The position numbers were made by a program, and so were the translations under genes. A stretch of DNA of 64,000 nucleotides from an uncultured Prevotella sp. (lineage in GTDB: Bacteria > Bacteroidota > Bacteroidia > Bacteroidales > Bacteroidaceae): assembly GCA_946546165.1 (NCBI GenBank), contig CAMNNX010000001.1, positions 25,716-89,715 on the forward strand. Direction: 5' to 3'. The notes beneath the pieces were generated by a model that did not search any database, was not told the DNA's origin, and was given only the letters and a program-made list of their open reading frames with translations. Every line of letters begins with the position of its first letter. The stretch's first letter is position 1. Of the stretch, positions 31,726 through 41,793 are shown in pieces.

Positions 31726-33765
31726 ATGAAACTTATCAAGATTTTCGGTTTTATGGCATTGTCGACAATGTCGCTCGCTGCAACGGCACAGGAGCCGCTG
31801 CGCTCGGGTATTAACTTGGCAGACCTGGACACCTCGGTGCGTCCTGCTGACGATTTCTATGAGTACGCCTGTGGCGGATGGATGAAGAACAATCCACTGC
31901 CACCTGCCTATTCGCGCTTCGGCTCTTTCGACCGTTTGGGCGAGGATAACAACAAGCGCATCAACGGCATACTGACGGAGTTGCTGAACAATACCTACGA
32001 GAAAGGGACCACTGAGCAGAAACTGTCCGACATCTATAAGATGGCCATGGACTCTGTCCGTCGTGAGCGGGATGGCATTGCGCCTGTGATGCCCCTCATC
32101 AAGCGTCTGGAGGCTGCCAAGAGCAACGACCAACTCTTTGCCATCCAACTGGAGATGGCGCAGTATGGCAACTCGGAGTTCTACCGGGTCGGCATGGGTG
32201 CTGACGAGAAGAACGCCACGCAGAATATCCTGAATGTCAGTCAGGGCGGACTGACCCTCGGCATGAAGGACTATTATCTGGAGAACGACCCTGCCACGAC
32301 GAAGATTCGCGAAGCGTATAAGAAACACATCGTCAGGATGTTCCAACTGTTTGGCTTCAGCAAGAGTGCCGCTACGAAGAAGATGCAGAATATCTTTAGC
32401 ATGGAACTCGCTCTGGCTAAGATTTCGAAGAGCAGGACAGAATTGCGCGACCCTCAGGCCAACTACAACAAGATGACCCTGGCCGACTTCAACAAGAAGT
32501 ATCCCAACCTGAAACTGGAGCAGGTGATGAACGCCCAGGGTCTGAAGAGCCAATACATGCAGGAACTGATCGTAGGGCAGCCGGCCTTCATGGAGGGTAC
32601 CAACCAGTTGCTGGCCAAGATGAAGCCTGCCGTCTATCGCGACGTGATGGAGTGGGGCGTCATCCTGGGGGCCACAGGCTATCTGAACGACGAGGTGCGT
32701 GAAGCCAACTTCGAATTCTTTGGCAAGGTGATGTCCGGACGTCAGCAAGACCATCCCTCTTGGCGCCGTGCCACCAACCAGGTGGAGCGCTTTATGGGTC
32801 AGGCCCTTGGCAAGATGTACGTGGAACGCTATTTCCCCGCTGCCGCCAAAGAGCGCATGATACGCTTGATAAAAAACCTGCAGATAGCCCTTGGCGAACG
32901 TATTGCCGCCCAGGACTGGATGAGCGATTCTACCAAGGTGAATGCCCTGCTGAAACTCAACACGTTCTTTGTGAAGGTGGGCTATCCTGACAAGTGGATC
33001 GACATGTCGAAACTCACCATCGACCCGTCGCTGTCGTACTACGAGAATGCCAAGGCTTGCAACAAGTTCTGGAACGACTATTACATTGACCATACTGCAG
33101 GCAAGCCCGTGGACAATGGCGACTGGTATATGACGCCTCAGACCGTAAACGCCTACTATAACCCCACGACCAACGAGATCTGCTTCCCCGCCGGCATCCT
33201 GCAGGTGCCCTTCTTCGACATGACGGCCGACGATGCCTTCAACTATGGTGCCATCGGTGTGGTGATCGGTCATGAGATGACCCACGGCTTCGACGACCAG
33301 GGTCGGCAGTTCGACAAAGACGGTAACATGCACGACTGGTGGGCTGCCAGCGACGGCGAGCAGTTCAAGGCGCGCACCGACAAGTATGCCGACTTCTTCT
33401 CGGCTATCAAGGTGCTGCCCGACCTGAATGCCAACGGCCGTCTGACGCTGGGCGAGAATCTTGCTGACCACGGTGGCCTGCAGGTAGCCTATGCCGCCTT
33501 CAAGAATGCCACGAAGAACAATCCCCTGCCGGTCATTGACGGTCTGACGCCCGACCAGCGCTTCTTCCTGGCCTATGCCGGTGTATGGGCCGGTAATATC
33601 ACCGAGGCAGAGATTCGCAACCGCACGAAGAGCGACCCCCACGCCCTTGGCCGCTGGCGTGTCAACGGTGCCCTGCCGCACATCGATGCCTGGTATGAGG
33701 CCTTCGGCGTGAAACCAGGCGACAAGATGTATATCCCCAAGGAACAGCGTCTGCCGCTGTGGTAA
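31726..33765 (+). CDS. pepO: M13 family metallo-endopeptidase (PepO/neprilysin-like)
   Basis: DDFYEYACGGW, VNAYY, GHEMTHGFDD, GENLAD; signal peptide. Confidence 0.93.
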   Translation: MKLIKIFGFMALSTMSLAATAQEPLRSGINLADLDTSVRPADDFYEYACGGWMKNNPLPPAYSRFGSFDRLGEDNNKRINGILTELLNNTYEKGTTEQKLSDIYKMAMDSVRRERDGIAPVMPLIKRLEAAKSNDQLFAIQLEMAQYGNSEFYRVGMGADEKNATQNILNVSQGGLTLGMKDYYLENDPATTKIREAYKKHIVRMFQLFGFSKSAATKKMQNIFSMELALAKISKSRTELRDPQANYNKMTLADFNKKYPNLKLEQVMNAQGLKSQYMQELIVGQPAFMEGTNQLLAKMKPAVYRDVMEWGVILGATGYLNDEVREANFEFFGKVMSGRQQDHPSWRRATNQVERFMGQALGKMYVERYFPAAAKERMIRLIKNLQIALGERIAAQDWMSDSTKVNALLKLNTFFVKVGYPDKWIDMSKLTIDPSLSYYENAKACNKFWNDYYIDHTAGKPVDNGDWYMTPQTVNAYYNPTTNEICFPAGILQVPFFDMTADDAFNYGAIGVVIGHEMTHGFDDQGRQFDKDGNMHDWWAASDGEQFKARTDKYADFFSAIKVLPDLNANGRLTLGENLADHGGLQVAYAAFKNATKNNPLPVIDGLTPDQRFFLAYAGVWAGNITEAEIRNRTKSDPHALGRWRVNGALPHIDAWYEAFGVKPGDKMYIPKEQRLPLW

Positions 33766-33766
33766 G

Positions 33767-33897
33767 ATTGAAAGATTGAAAAATTGAAAAGGTGAAATTG
33801 AAAAATTGAAAAGGTGAAAAACTTTTCCCCCGATAATTTGCAAATGTCGGCAATGTTTTGTACTTTTGCACGATTGAAAAGGTGAAAAATTGAAAAG
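33767..33897. repeat. Degenerate 8-bp (T/G)TGAAA(A/G)A repeats flanking a TACTTTTG promoter element (33861-33868)
   Basis: Direct reading; similar runs at about 23787-23812 and 31517-31550. Confidence 0.75.
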
Positions 33898-33917
33898 TAT
33901 AATCTATCGATAGCGAA

Positions 33918-34841
33918 ATGACTGAAAGCAATACATGGCGTCCGGAGCAGACGGGCCAAGGGCCGGAGTTACTGCGTGAAGAGGAGCAGACAGCCGCTGC
34001 CCCTCAGATGCAGATGCAGGCTCAGGCCGCTACTGCCGTGGTCTGTCCCAGATGTGGTGCTTCCAACGATCCGGAAGCCTCGTTCTGTGCTACCTGCGGG
34101 TCACCATTGAAACAGGCGGTTTGTCCCCATTGCGGCAGCGCGATAGACCCTGACGCTGACTTCTGTGAGTCGTGCCATCACTACATCCGTCTTGATGTGT
34201 GCTCGTTCTGTGGTGCTCATATCTCCGAACAGGATACGTTCTGTCCGGAGTGCGGACAGCCACGTGAAGGCATCGTGTGTCCCATCTGCCATACGAAGAA
34301 CGAATTCTCGTTCTGCAAGCAATGCGGTCAACCTCTGACAGACGCTGCCAAGCGCTTGCAGAGCGAGATTCAGCAGTTGCCGGAGTACCGGCAGTTGAGG
34401 GCCCTGGCCAAGGAGTACGACGCCCTACAGATGGAACTGCCCTACGGTTGTGATCAGGACCGTCAGCGCGATGAGGCCTCGCGTTTGCTGAGGGAGCGCA
34501 TATTGCGACTGCTGGCTGAAGACGAGGGCGTGAAAGACTTTGTGATGCCTGCTCCGAGGCATCAGCGTTGTTCAGTAGAAGAACTGAATCAGCGTAAGCA
34601 GCGCAAGATGGAAGAACTGTCGCGGTTGCTGGACAAACTGTCGACCCCGCCGATGCCCGCTCCTGTTCAGGCCCGCAACTTTGTGATGGCCCAGAAGCCT
34701 GCCGGTGTGCGACTGGCGTGGAAGTGTAACTACAAGAATGCCCTTCATTCCAGTCCCTGCGGTTGTGCCAAGCCTCAGATGGGCGGCCAGTGGATAGTGC
34801 TGGGTCATCATACTAATCAAGTAATAAAGGACGACAAGTAA
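33918..34841 (+). CDS. Multi zinc-ribbon (double zinc ribbon) protein with coiled-coil and Cys/His C-terminal motif
   Basis: Eight CxxC motifs (CPRC, CATC, CPHC, CESC, CSFC, CPEC, CPIC, CKQC); C-terminal WKCNYKNALHSSPCGCAKP. Confidence 0.85.
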   Translation: MTESNTWRPEQTGQGPELLREEEQTAAAPQMQMQAQAATAVVCPRCGASNDPEASFCATCGSPLKQAVCPHCGSAIDPDADFCESCHHYIRLDVCSFCGAHISEQDTFCPECGQPREGIVCPICHTKNEFSFCKQCGQPLTDAAKRLQSEIQQLPEYRQLRALAKEYDALQMELPYGCDQDRQRDEASRLLRERILRLLAEDEGVKDFVMPAPRHQRCSVEELNQRKQRKMEELSRLLDKLSTPPMPAPVQARNFVMAQKPAGVRLAWKCNYKNALHSSPCGCAKPQMGGQWIVLGHHTNQVIKDDK

Positions 34842-37800
34842 TGGCAGATATAGATTACGAGAAGACGACCATCATGGGTCACGGAGGCGTGGCGGGTCCT
34901 GATGCCGGCGGTGCTAGTATGGATATGACGCTGAAGCCCGACTCGACGCTCGACACATCGCCGCTGATTGTAGAGTCGCCCCTGTCGCCCCTCGAGCGTA
35001 CGCTGCGTCCGGAAGGTGGTATGAGCCAAATGGTGGATTCGAACGGCAGAGACCTGCCTAAGATGTTCAACCTGAAAGGCGAGGTCTATGCCGAGAAGCG
35101 CTGTCTGAGCGAGAACACAGGCGAGGGCCAGGTGTTCCTGGTCGAGAATGGCGGCGAGGAGTATGTACTGAAAGTCTATTATTCGAACTTCGATATCAAC
35201 AAGAAGGTGATGCAGGTGGTCAAGTCGTTCGACTTTGAGATGATTGTCAAGGTCTTCGACTACGGCCGTACCTATGTGGACGGTGTCAGCCGCTACTACG
35301 AACTGATGGAGTATCTGCGTGGCGGCACACTGAAAGACCTGAAGTTGAATGGCGACTTCAACCGTTTTCGACGTCTGGCCCTCCAGGCTGCCGGTGCTTT
35401 GGCCTATTGTCATGAGAACCACCTGCTGCACAAGGATGTGAAGCCCACAAACTACTTCTTCCGCGATGCCGAACAACAGCAGTTGGTGTTGGGCGACTTT
35501 GGCATCTCTGCCATTCAGGAGGGCGAAGGCGACACCTTCCGTACCACACAGGCCCGCACGCCGATCTATGCCGCGCCGGAGATGTATTCGGACGTTATCG
35601 ACGGCATCGTCGAAATCTCGTATGCCGCCGACTTCTATTCTCTTGGCATCACCCTCTTTGCCCTATGGCTGGGCGAGAACCCCATGAGTTCGAATGAGCG
35701 TACGATGATGCGTCAGAAGAATGAGGGGCGTCTGCCCCGACTGGTCGAACTGCCCGAACAGGTAAAGCGTCTGGTGCAGGGCCTTACCTCTGTGAACCAG
35801 CAGAACCGATGGGGCATGAACGAGGTGGAGCGTTGGTTTAAGGGCGAGAACGTCGATGTCGACATCTCGTCGCCGTTCCTGCGCTACAAGAGTTTCGTCG
35901 TCGACCCCGAGCGCAACCTCATCGCTGCCGACGTACACGAACTGGTGCCGATGCTGCTGAGCAACGAGCAGTTGGCCATGAACTATCTGTACAACGGTCG
36001 TATCGTGCAATGGCTGGAGTCGAGTGGCAATGTCAAACTGGCAACGGTCATCAAGGATATCGTGGGCAACCGCTATCCTGCTGACCAGAAAGCCGGCATG
36101 ATGGCCTGTTGCTTTGCCATGGAGCCCTCGCTGCCCTATACCGATGCGCAGGGCTTGGAGTGTGACGACGAGCATGCCGTGTCACTGTCGCTGCTCAGTT
36201 ATCCTGAGAAGTACGCCCTCTTGCTGAAGAATCCCAACGACCCTTTGTTCCTTTGGATAGAGAACCGTCTGTCGTGCGACGTGAACCGTCTGCGCTCCTA
36301 TTTCGCTGATGGCCGTGATGGCCGGACAGGCGTGCTCCGGACGGTCTATGAGATAGATCCTGACGTGCCCTTCCTGTCGCGCTGGCCTTCGTCGACACTC
36401 GATGAGATTGTTCATTCCTATGGCCATTGTCCGGTCACCGACGATGACTGGAAAGCACTCTGCGACGGCCGTCTGCTCTCATGGATGTATGCCCATGAAG
36501 ATGTGATGGCCTGCGAGGGCCTGCGTATCATGACGAAGGGGCAGACACCCTCTCAGTCGCTGGGCTATAAGGTGCTCTACAATCTCGACCGCGATGTGGC
36601 CTTCGACTTGCAAGAGGCCAAGACCCCCGAGGCCATTGGCCGTCTGCTGGCAGAGACGATGGTCGGGGAGCAGAACTCGTCTGCCCGTGAACTGACCGAG
36701 CGGATGCAGGACTATACGGACCCCAACGGTCGTTTCTTCTATTATGCCCAGTTGCACGGATGGACCGACCTGCTGGCCTATGCCCAGCAGTGTTTCGACC
36801 TCAACAGCGAGGAGAACCGCGAACGCCTGGGGGCCTACGATCTGCGAACAGCGCTCTACCGGTTTGTGCGCATCCTTGGCGTCACGCCGACCTACAAATT
36901 GCCCGGCGGCATCATGCTCGATGACGGGCGGGAACTGGATGCCAAGTATCTGGCAACCGTCAAGGTAGAGATTCGCAATGGCGCCTTCCCGCAATGGCTG
37001 GCCGTCTTCTATCATGAGGACCCGTCGCGTGACTTCAGCGAGGAGTACAGTTATGAGCGTGAACTGGAGAAGTGGATCATGGCCTTAGGTGGTCTGGACC
37101 CGCAGCAGATCTACTACAAGCGCTACATGAAGGCTTGCGAGGACACTAAGCAGCGTGTGGCCGATGTGCGCCGGCTCTGGCGACGCTCTACCAGTAAGGA
37201 GCGTCTGTGGAAGTATGTGTTCCTGGCGTTGACAGCCGTATGGATAGCCATGGTGCTGCTCTTCGGACTGGATGACCGTACTTATATCTTCGACCACCAC
37301 TTCCTGACCATCGTTCTGCCCCTGGGCGGAATGACAGGCATCATCGTGGCTGTCAGAGCCTATTTCAAGGGCTATGGCGCCATGATGTCGACGCTCTTCG
37401 GAGCCTTGGGTGTGGCATCATCGCTCATACCTTATTATATATTGAGGTATGTTGACGACAGCCATCCGGCCATGTTCCATTATGTGGTGGCCGCCCTGGC
37501 CGTCGTCTATGCGGGTATCGCCCTGCTGACCGACTTCAGCCGCGATCAGCATCGCGACAACAAGTTCATCGACGATGTGCTGAGCAACCAGGATGTGCGG
37601 TCTACACTGCTGGATCCCCTCTACTATACATTCAAGACACGTTCTCAACGCTATAAAGCCTCTAACTTCGGACTGCTCGACGAGGTGGAAGACCAGACGC
37701 ACTCCCTGTCGGGCGAATTGGTCATCCACTATCTGCTATGGTCGCTGACGGCTCTTGTCCTGATACTGGAACTCTGTCTGTTCAGCCCCAAGTTCGTCGG

Positions 37801-37867
37801 GTGGCAGTCCGCACAGCAGGCAACACCTGAGACCATAACCATTCAACAACAAGGAGACGTAGAATGA
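34841..37867 (+). CDS. Hanks-type Ser/Thr protein kinase with long helical region and C-terminal multi-TM domain
   Basis: TGEGQVF, VLKVY, HKDVKPTN, GDFG, YAAPE, DFYSLG; about 5 hydrophobic helices near the C-terminus; TAATG coupling with the upstream gene. Confidence 0.92.
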   Translation: MADIDYEKTTIMGHGGVAGPDAGGASMDMTLKPDSTLDTSPLIVESPLSPLERTLRPEGGMSQMVDSNGRDLPKMFNLKGEVYAEKRCLSENTGEGQVFLVENGGEEYVLKVYYSNFDINKKVMQVVKSFDFEMIVKVFDYGRTYVDGVSRYYELMEYLRGGTLKDLKLNGDFNRFRRLALQAAGALAYCHENHLLHKDVKPTNYFFRDAEQQQLVLGDFGISAIQEGEGDTFRTTQARTPIYAAPEMYSDVIDGIVEISYAADFYSLGITLFALWLGENPMSSNERTMMRQKNEGRLPRLVELPEQVKRLVQGLTSVNQQNRWGMNEVERWFKGENVDVDISSPFLRYKSFVVDPERNLIAADVHELVPMLLSNEQLAMNYLYNGRIVQWLESSGNVKLATVIKDIVGNRYPADQKAGMMACCFAMEPSLPYTDAQGLECDDEHAVSLSLLSYPEKYALLLKNPNDPLFLWIENRLSCDVNRLRSYFADGRDGRTGVLRTVYEIDPDVPFLSRWPSSTLDEIVHSYGHCPVTDDDWKALCDGRLLSWMYAHEDVMACEGLRIMTKGQTPSQSLGYKVLYNLDRDVAFDLQEAKTPEAIGRLLAETMVGEQNSSARELTERMQDYTDPNGRFFYYAQLHGWTDLLAYAQQCFDLNSEENRERLGAYDLRTALYRFVRILGVTPTYKLPGGIMLDDGRELDAKYLATVKVEIRNGAFPQWLAVFYHEDPSRDFSEEYSYERELEKWIMALGGLDPQQIYYKRYMKACEDTKQRVADVRRLWRRSTSKERLWKYVFLALTAVWIAMVLLFGLDDRTYIFDHHFLTIVLPLGGMTGIIVAVRAYFKGYGAMMSTLFGALGVASSLIPYYILRYVDDSHPAMFHYVVAALAVVYAGIALLTDFSRDQHRDNKFIDDVLSNQDVRSTLLDPLYYTFKTRSQRYKASNFGLLDEVEDQTHSLSGELVIHYLLWSLTALVLILELCLFSPKFVGWQSAQQATPETITIQQQGDVE

Positions 37868-40800
37868 TTTGCGAACAATGTCATAAGGAAAACAGAAGCA
37901 ACGCTAAGTTCTGTAAGTGGTGCGGACAGCCGCTGGTGTCGCAGTTCGTACTCGACAAGATGATTGGACTCAACGATGTGAAGGTCCAGTTGAAAACCAT
38001 CGTCGACACCTATGCTTATCTGCGCTCTCGCAAGGATATCGCTGCCGTACGCCTCTCCGTCAACGCCATCATCATCGGCGAGACAGGAACGGGCAAGACG
38101 GCCTTGGCAGAGATTATCCGCGATTATTTCTTCCAGCACAAGATCATCGAGAAACCGAAGTTGACGATGGTCGATGCCGTCGACTACCAGCGGTTCGTCG
38201 ACAAGTGGGACGACAATATCAAGAAGGCGCGCAACGGCATCCTCTTCTTCGACAACGTGCAGAAACTGCTGCCCGACAAATACTCCAACCAGGTCAACCC
38301 GCTGGACAAGTTGTTCGTCGAGATGGACAAGTGGGACGACAACCCCATTGTCATCATGGCCGGCCTGCCCAAGGGGCTCGACGATTTCCTGGAGAACAAC
38401 CCCGCCGTGAAGAACCGCTTCAAGTACATCTTCCGCCTGCCCGTACCCGGCTATCAGGAGTTGTGCGATATCGTCAAGCAGAAACTGAGCCGCAAGTATG
38501 GCCTGTCGGAGTTCTCGCCCGAGGCCGACGAGCAGTTGGCCCGCTACTTCAAGTATCAGATCAAGATTAAGGACGAGACCTTCGGCAATGCCCATCTGGC
38601 CATGAAGACCGCCGAGGACATCTTCACCTTATTTATAAGCAGAGGGTCGGCACAGACACGCGTCGAGCGTGAGGACATCAAGGGCTATGTGCCCGAGGAG
38701 CGCTCTCTGGACGACATTCTCAGCGACCTCGACACCTTTATCGGCATGAGCGAGGTGAAACAGGCCGTACGCGAGATGGCCTATTCCGTGCAGAACAGCC
38801 TGCAGCGTCAGGAGCGCGGACTGGGCGAGGCTCAGAAGATGTCGATGCATACCGTCCTGACCGGCAATCCCGGTACCGGCAAGACCACCATCGCCCGCAA
38901 ACTGGGCGAGATACTGGCTGCCATCGGCTATCTCGACTCCGGCCATGTGGTAGAGGTCGACCGTTCGAAGATGGTGTCGCCCTATCAGGGTGAGACCCCC
39001 AAGGTGGTCAATGCCCTGTGCGACAAGGCCATGGGCGGCATCCTCTTTGTCGACGAGGCCTACACACTGGCCCCCGTCAGCCAGGCCGGCGACCGCGACA
39101 ATCAGGGCGCACAGGCTCTGGAGACGTTGATGAAGCGTATGGAAGACGATCGCGACAAGTTTGTGGTCATCGCCGCCGGCTATCGTACGGAGATGGAGAA
39201 CCTGTTCCGTGTGAATCCCGGCATGCGCAGCCGCTTCAACTATTTCCTCAACCTGGCCGACTACACCCCCGACGAACTGTTCCAGATTCTCGAGGTCTTT
39301 GCCCGGGGCAAGCAGTACGTTTTTTCCGAAGAGGCCGAGCAACTGGCTCGCAAGATGATTGGCGAGATGTACGACCAGCGCGACAAGGACTTTGCCAATG
39401 GCCGTACCATGCGCACCCTGTTCGACGAGATCTGTAAGCGGCAGGCCCGTCGTCTGCAGGAAGGCAACGTCTCTGAGATGTCCAACGAGCAGTTGATGAC
39501 CATCGAGGTGGAGGATATTCCCTACGAGGCTCCTAAGGAGGTGGACTACAAGGAGTGCCTGAAGAGTCTGGACGGCCTCATCGGCCTGAGTTCGGTCAAG
39601 AAGGAAATAGCCAATCTGGCCGGGTTCCTGAACCTGCAGATCAAACGTGGCGAGACCAACACCTTCCAAGGCAAGCACTATGTCTTTACAGGCAATCCAG
39701 GTACCGGCAAGACCACCGTGGCACGCATCATGGCCGAGGTGTTCAAGAACCTGGGCATCCTCTCCAAGGGGCAGTTGGTCGAAGCCGACCGCTCGAAACT
39801 CGTTGCCGGCTTCTCCGGACAGACGGCCATCAAGACCAACCAACTCATCGATACCGCCATGGGCGGAGTGCTCTTCATTGACGAGGCTTACACCCTCAAG
39901 TCGAGCGACAACGACTCCTTCGGTAGCGAAGCCATCGACACGTTGCTCAAGCGTCTGGAGGACGACCGCGGCAAGTTCATCTGTATTGTGGCAGGCTATA
40001 CCGACCAGATGCACGACTTCATCGACTCCAACCCGGGCTTGAAGAGCCGCTTCACGCAGACCATCCATTTCGACGACTATACGCCCGACGAACTGACGCA
40101 GATCTATCTGAACATGGCCGAGGCCAAACATTTCGTGATGGACGACGAAGTGAAGACCGCCATCCATCGTCTGTTCGAGCAGATATACCTGCGGCGTGAC
40201 AAGAACTTCGGCAATGCCCGCGAGGCCCGCCGGGTGTTCGACGAGACCGTCGAGCGCCAGAGTCAGCGTCTGATCGAGATGATGAGCCAGCCCGACGTGG
40301 TCATCAGCGACGGCCTGTCGGAAGGATTCTTCAACGAGGCCGATATGTACGCCCTGAAGGTGGAAGACCTGCCGATGATGCAGAGTGCCAAGGCCCGTCC
40401 GCTGGAGGAGGTGCTCGCCGAACTCGACGACTTCATCGGCATGCAGACCGTCAAGGATGCCATCCGCCGGCTGGCCGTGCAGAGCCTGTTCGTCAAGCAG
40501 CGTGCCGCCGTCGGGGCCGGTCAGGTGCAGCAGATGTCGATGAACTTCATCCTCACCGGCAATCCCGGTACCGGCAAGACCTCTATAGCCCGCAAGATGG
40601 GCGAGGTGCTGCAGTCGATGGAGATTCTGCCCACATCGCGCGTCATCGAAGCCAGCCGCGCCACCCTCGTTGGCAAGTATATGGGCGAGACGCCCAAGAT
40701 TGTCAATGCCATGTGCGACAAGGCGCTGGGAGGCATTCTTTTCATCGACGAGGCCTATATGCTCAGCGACCAGAACGACCAGTACGGCAAGGAGGCGGTC

Positions 40801-41208
40801 GACACGCTGATGAAGCGCATGGAGGACGACCGCGGCAAGTTTGTGGTCATCGCTGCCGGCTATCAGGACAAGATGGAGGAGTTTCTGGACATGAATGCCG
40901 GTCTGGCCAGTCGTTTCACCTACAAACTCCATATCGACGACTATACCGACCTGGAACTGCTGGAGATTTTCAAGAAGATGGCCGAGAAAGAGCAGTACGT
41001 CATCTCGCCCGAGGCCGAGGTGAAGGCCGAAGAGACCATCCGTCAGATGGACAAGGGCATGAACTTCGGCAACGCCCGTGCTATCCGCAACATGCTCGAT
41101 GCCACCATCCAGCAACTCTCTGTCCGCGTGTCGCAGATGCCTCAGGAGCAGGTGACCCGCGAGACCTACCAGTTGATACTGCCCGGCGACATCAGGGTGA
41201 GCAAGTAA
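37864..41208 (+). CDS. Zinc ribbon plus four tandem SpoVK/CbbX/EccA-type AAA+ modules
   Basis: CEQC..CKWC; Walker A GETGTGKT and 3x GNPGTGKT; Walker B FFDN, FVDEAY, FIDEAY, FIDEAY; (S/N)RF arginine fingers; ATGA overlap with the kinase. Confidence 0.93.
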   Translation: MICEQCHKENRSNAKFCKWCGQPLVSQFVLDKMIGLNDVKVQLKTIVDTYAYLRSRKDIAAVRLSVNAIIIGETGTGKTALAEIIRDYFFQHKIIEKPKLTMVDAVDYQRFVDKWDDNIKKARNGILFFDNVQKLLPDKYSNQVNPLDKLFVEMDKWDDNPIVIMAGLPKGLDDFLENNPAVKNRFKYIFRLPVPGYQELCDIVKQKLSRKYGLSEFSPEADEQLARYFKYQIKIKDETFGNAHLAMKTAEDIFTLFISRGSAQTRVEREDIKGYVPEERSLDDILSDLDTFIGMSEVKQAVREMAYSVQNSLQRQERGLGEAQKMSMHTVLTGNPGTGKTTIARKLGEILAAIGYLDSGHVVEVDRSKMVSPYQGETPKVVNALCDKAMGGILFVDEAYTLAPVSQAGDRDNQGAQALETLMKRMEDDRDKFVVIAAGYRTEMENLFRVNPGMRSRFNYFLNLADYTPDELFQILEVFARGKQYVFSEEAEQLARKMIGEMYDQRDKDFANGRTMRTLFDEICKRQARRLQEGNVSEMSNEQLMTIEVEDIPYEAPKEVDYKECLKSLDGLIGLSSVKKEIANLAGFLNLQIKRGETNTFQGKHYVFTGNPGTGKTTVARIMAEVFKNLGILSKGQLVEADRSKLVAGFSGQTAIKTNQLIDTAMGGVLFIDEAYTLKSSDNDSFGSEAIDTLLKRLEDDRGKFICIVAGYTDQMHDFIDSNPGLKSRFTQTIHFDDYTPDELTQIYLNMAEAKHFVMDDEVKTAIHRLFEQIYLRRDKNFGNAREARRVFDETVERQSQRLIEMMSQPDVVISDGLSEGFFNEADMYALKVEDLPMMQSAKARPLEEVLAELDDFIGMQTVKDAIRRLAVQSLFVKQRAAVGAGQVQQMSMNFILTGNPGTGKTSIARKMGEVLQSMEILPTSRVIEASRATLVGKYMGETPKIVNAMCDKALGGILFIDEAYMLSDQNDQYGKEAVDTLMKRMEDDRGKFVVIAAGYQDKMEEFLDMNAGLASRFTYKLHIDDYTDLELLEIFKKMAEKEQYVISPEAEVKAEETIRQMDKGMNFGNARAIRNMLDATIQQLSVRVSQMPQEQVTRETYQLILPGDIRVSK

Positions 41209-41242
41209 GTAACCGATAACACATAGTAATAAGCGAAAGATT

Positions 41243-41773
41243 ATGATAGTTTGTCCGAATTGCAAGGAAGAAATAGACGACGACTCCAGATATTGCGACC
41301 AGTGTGGCCAGCAACTGTCCTTCTGTGAGCGTTGCGGTCGGGTGGGCAACGGCAAGCGCTGCACTTCCTGTGGCGGCGTGATGATAGCGTCAGAGGAATA
41401 TTTCAGCCGGAAGGAGGCCGCTGGACAGGTAGACCCCCAGACCATCACCCTGACCAACCATCTGCCCGGGGTCACACCCCAACTGATGCTCTTCAACGAT
41501 GCCGTCGGCATACGTATCGTGGGCGTCGACGGGGCCATCATCGGGCGTCGCCAGGGACCCTACGTGCAGTCGTTCAGTCAGCACCTTTACGTGTCGGGTG
41601 TCCATGCCCAACTGAAGTACGATGCCCAGCGCGGGTGGTGCGTCACCGACAAGCACTCGTCAAACGGCACCAAACTGAACGACCGTCAGTTGCAACCTGA
41701 CGTAGAAACGCCGATGACCAACGGCGACACCCTCGTCCTGGCTAACATCGCCCTGCGAGTAAGTATTAAGTAA
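41243..41773 (+). CDS. Zinc-ribbon plus FHA domain protein
   Basis: CPNC/CDQC/CERC/CTSC; FHA signature IIGR...VSGVHA...DKHSSNGT. Confidence 0.92.
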   Translation: MIVCPNCKEEIDDDSRYCDQCGQQLSFCERCGRVGNGKRCTSCGGVMIASEEYFSRKEAAGQVDPQTITLTNHLPGVTPQLMLFNDAVGIRIVGVDGAIIGRRQGPYVQSFSQHLYVSGVHAQLKYDAQRGWCVTDKHSSNGTKLNDRQLQPDVETPMTNGDTLVLANIALRVSIK

Positions 41774-41793
41774 ACAGAAAGAAAAATAAAAAG

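Noticed and set aside
38629-41541. 970-aa minus-strand ORF and other long antisense ORFs (7931-10006, 4832-6388, 31696-33843, 46715-48382, 59585-60964)
   Set aside because: Shadow ORFs opposite well-supported genes in GC-rich DNA, with no recognisable motifs.
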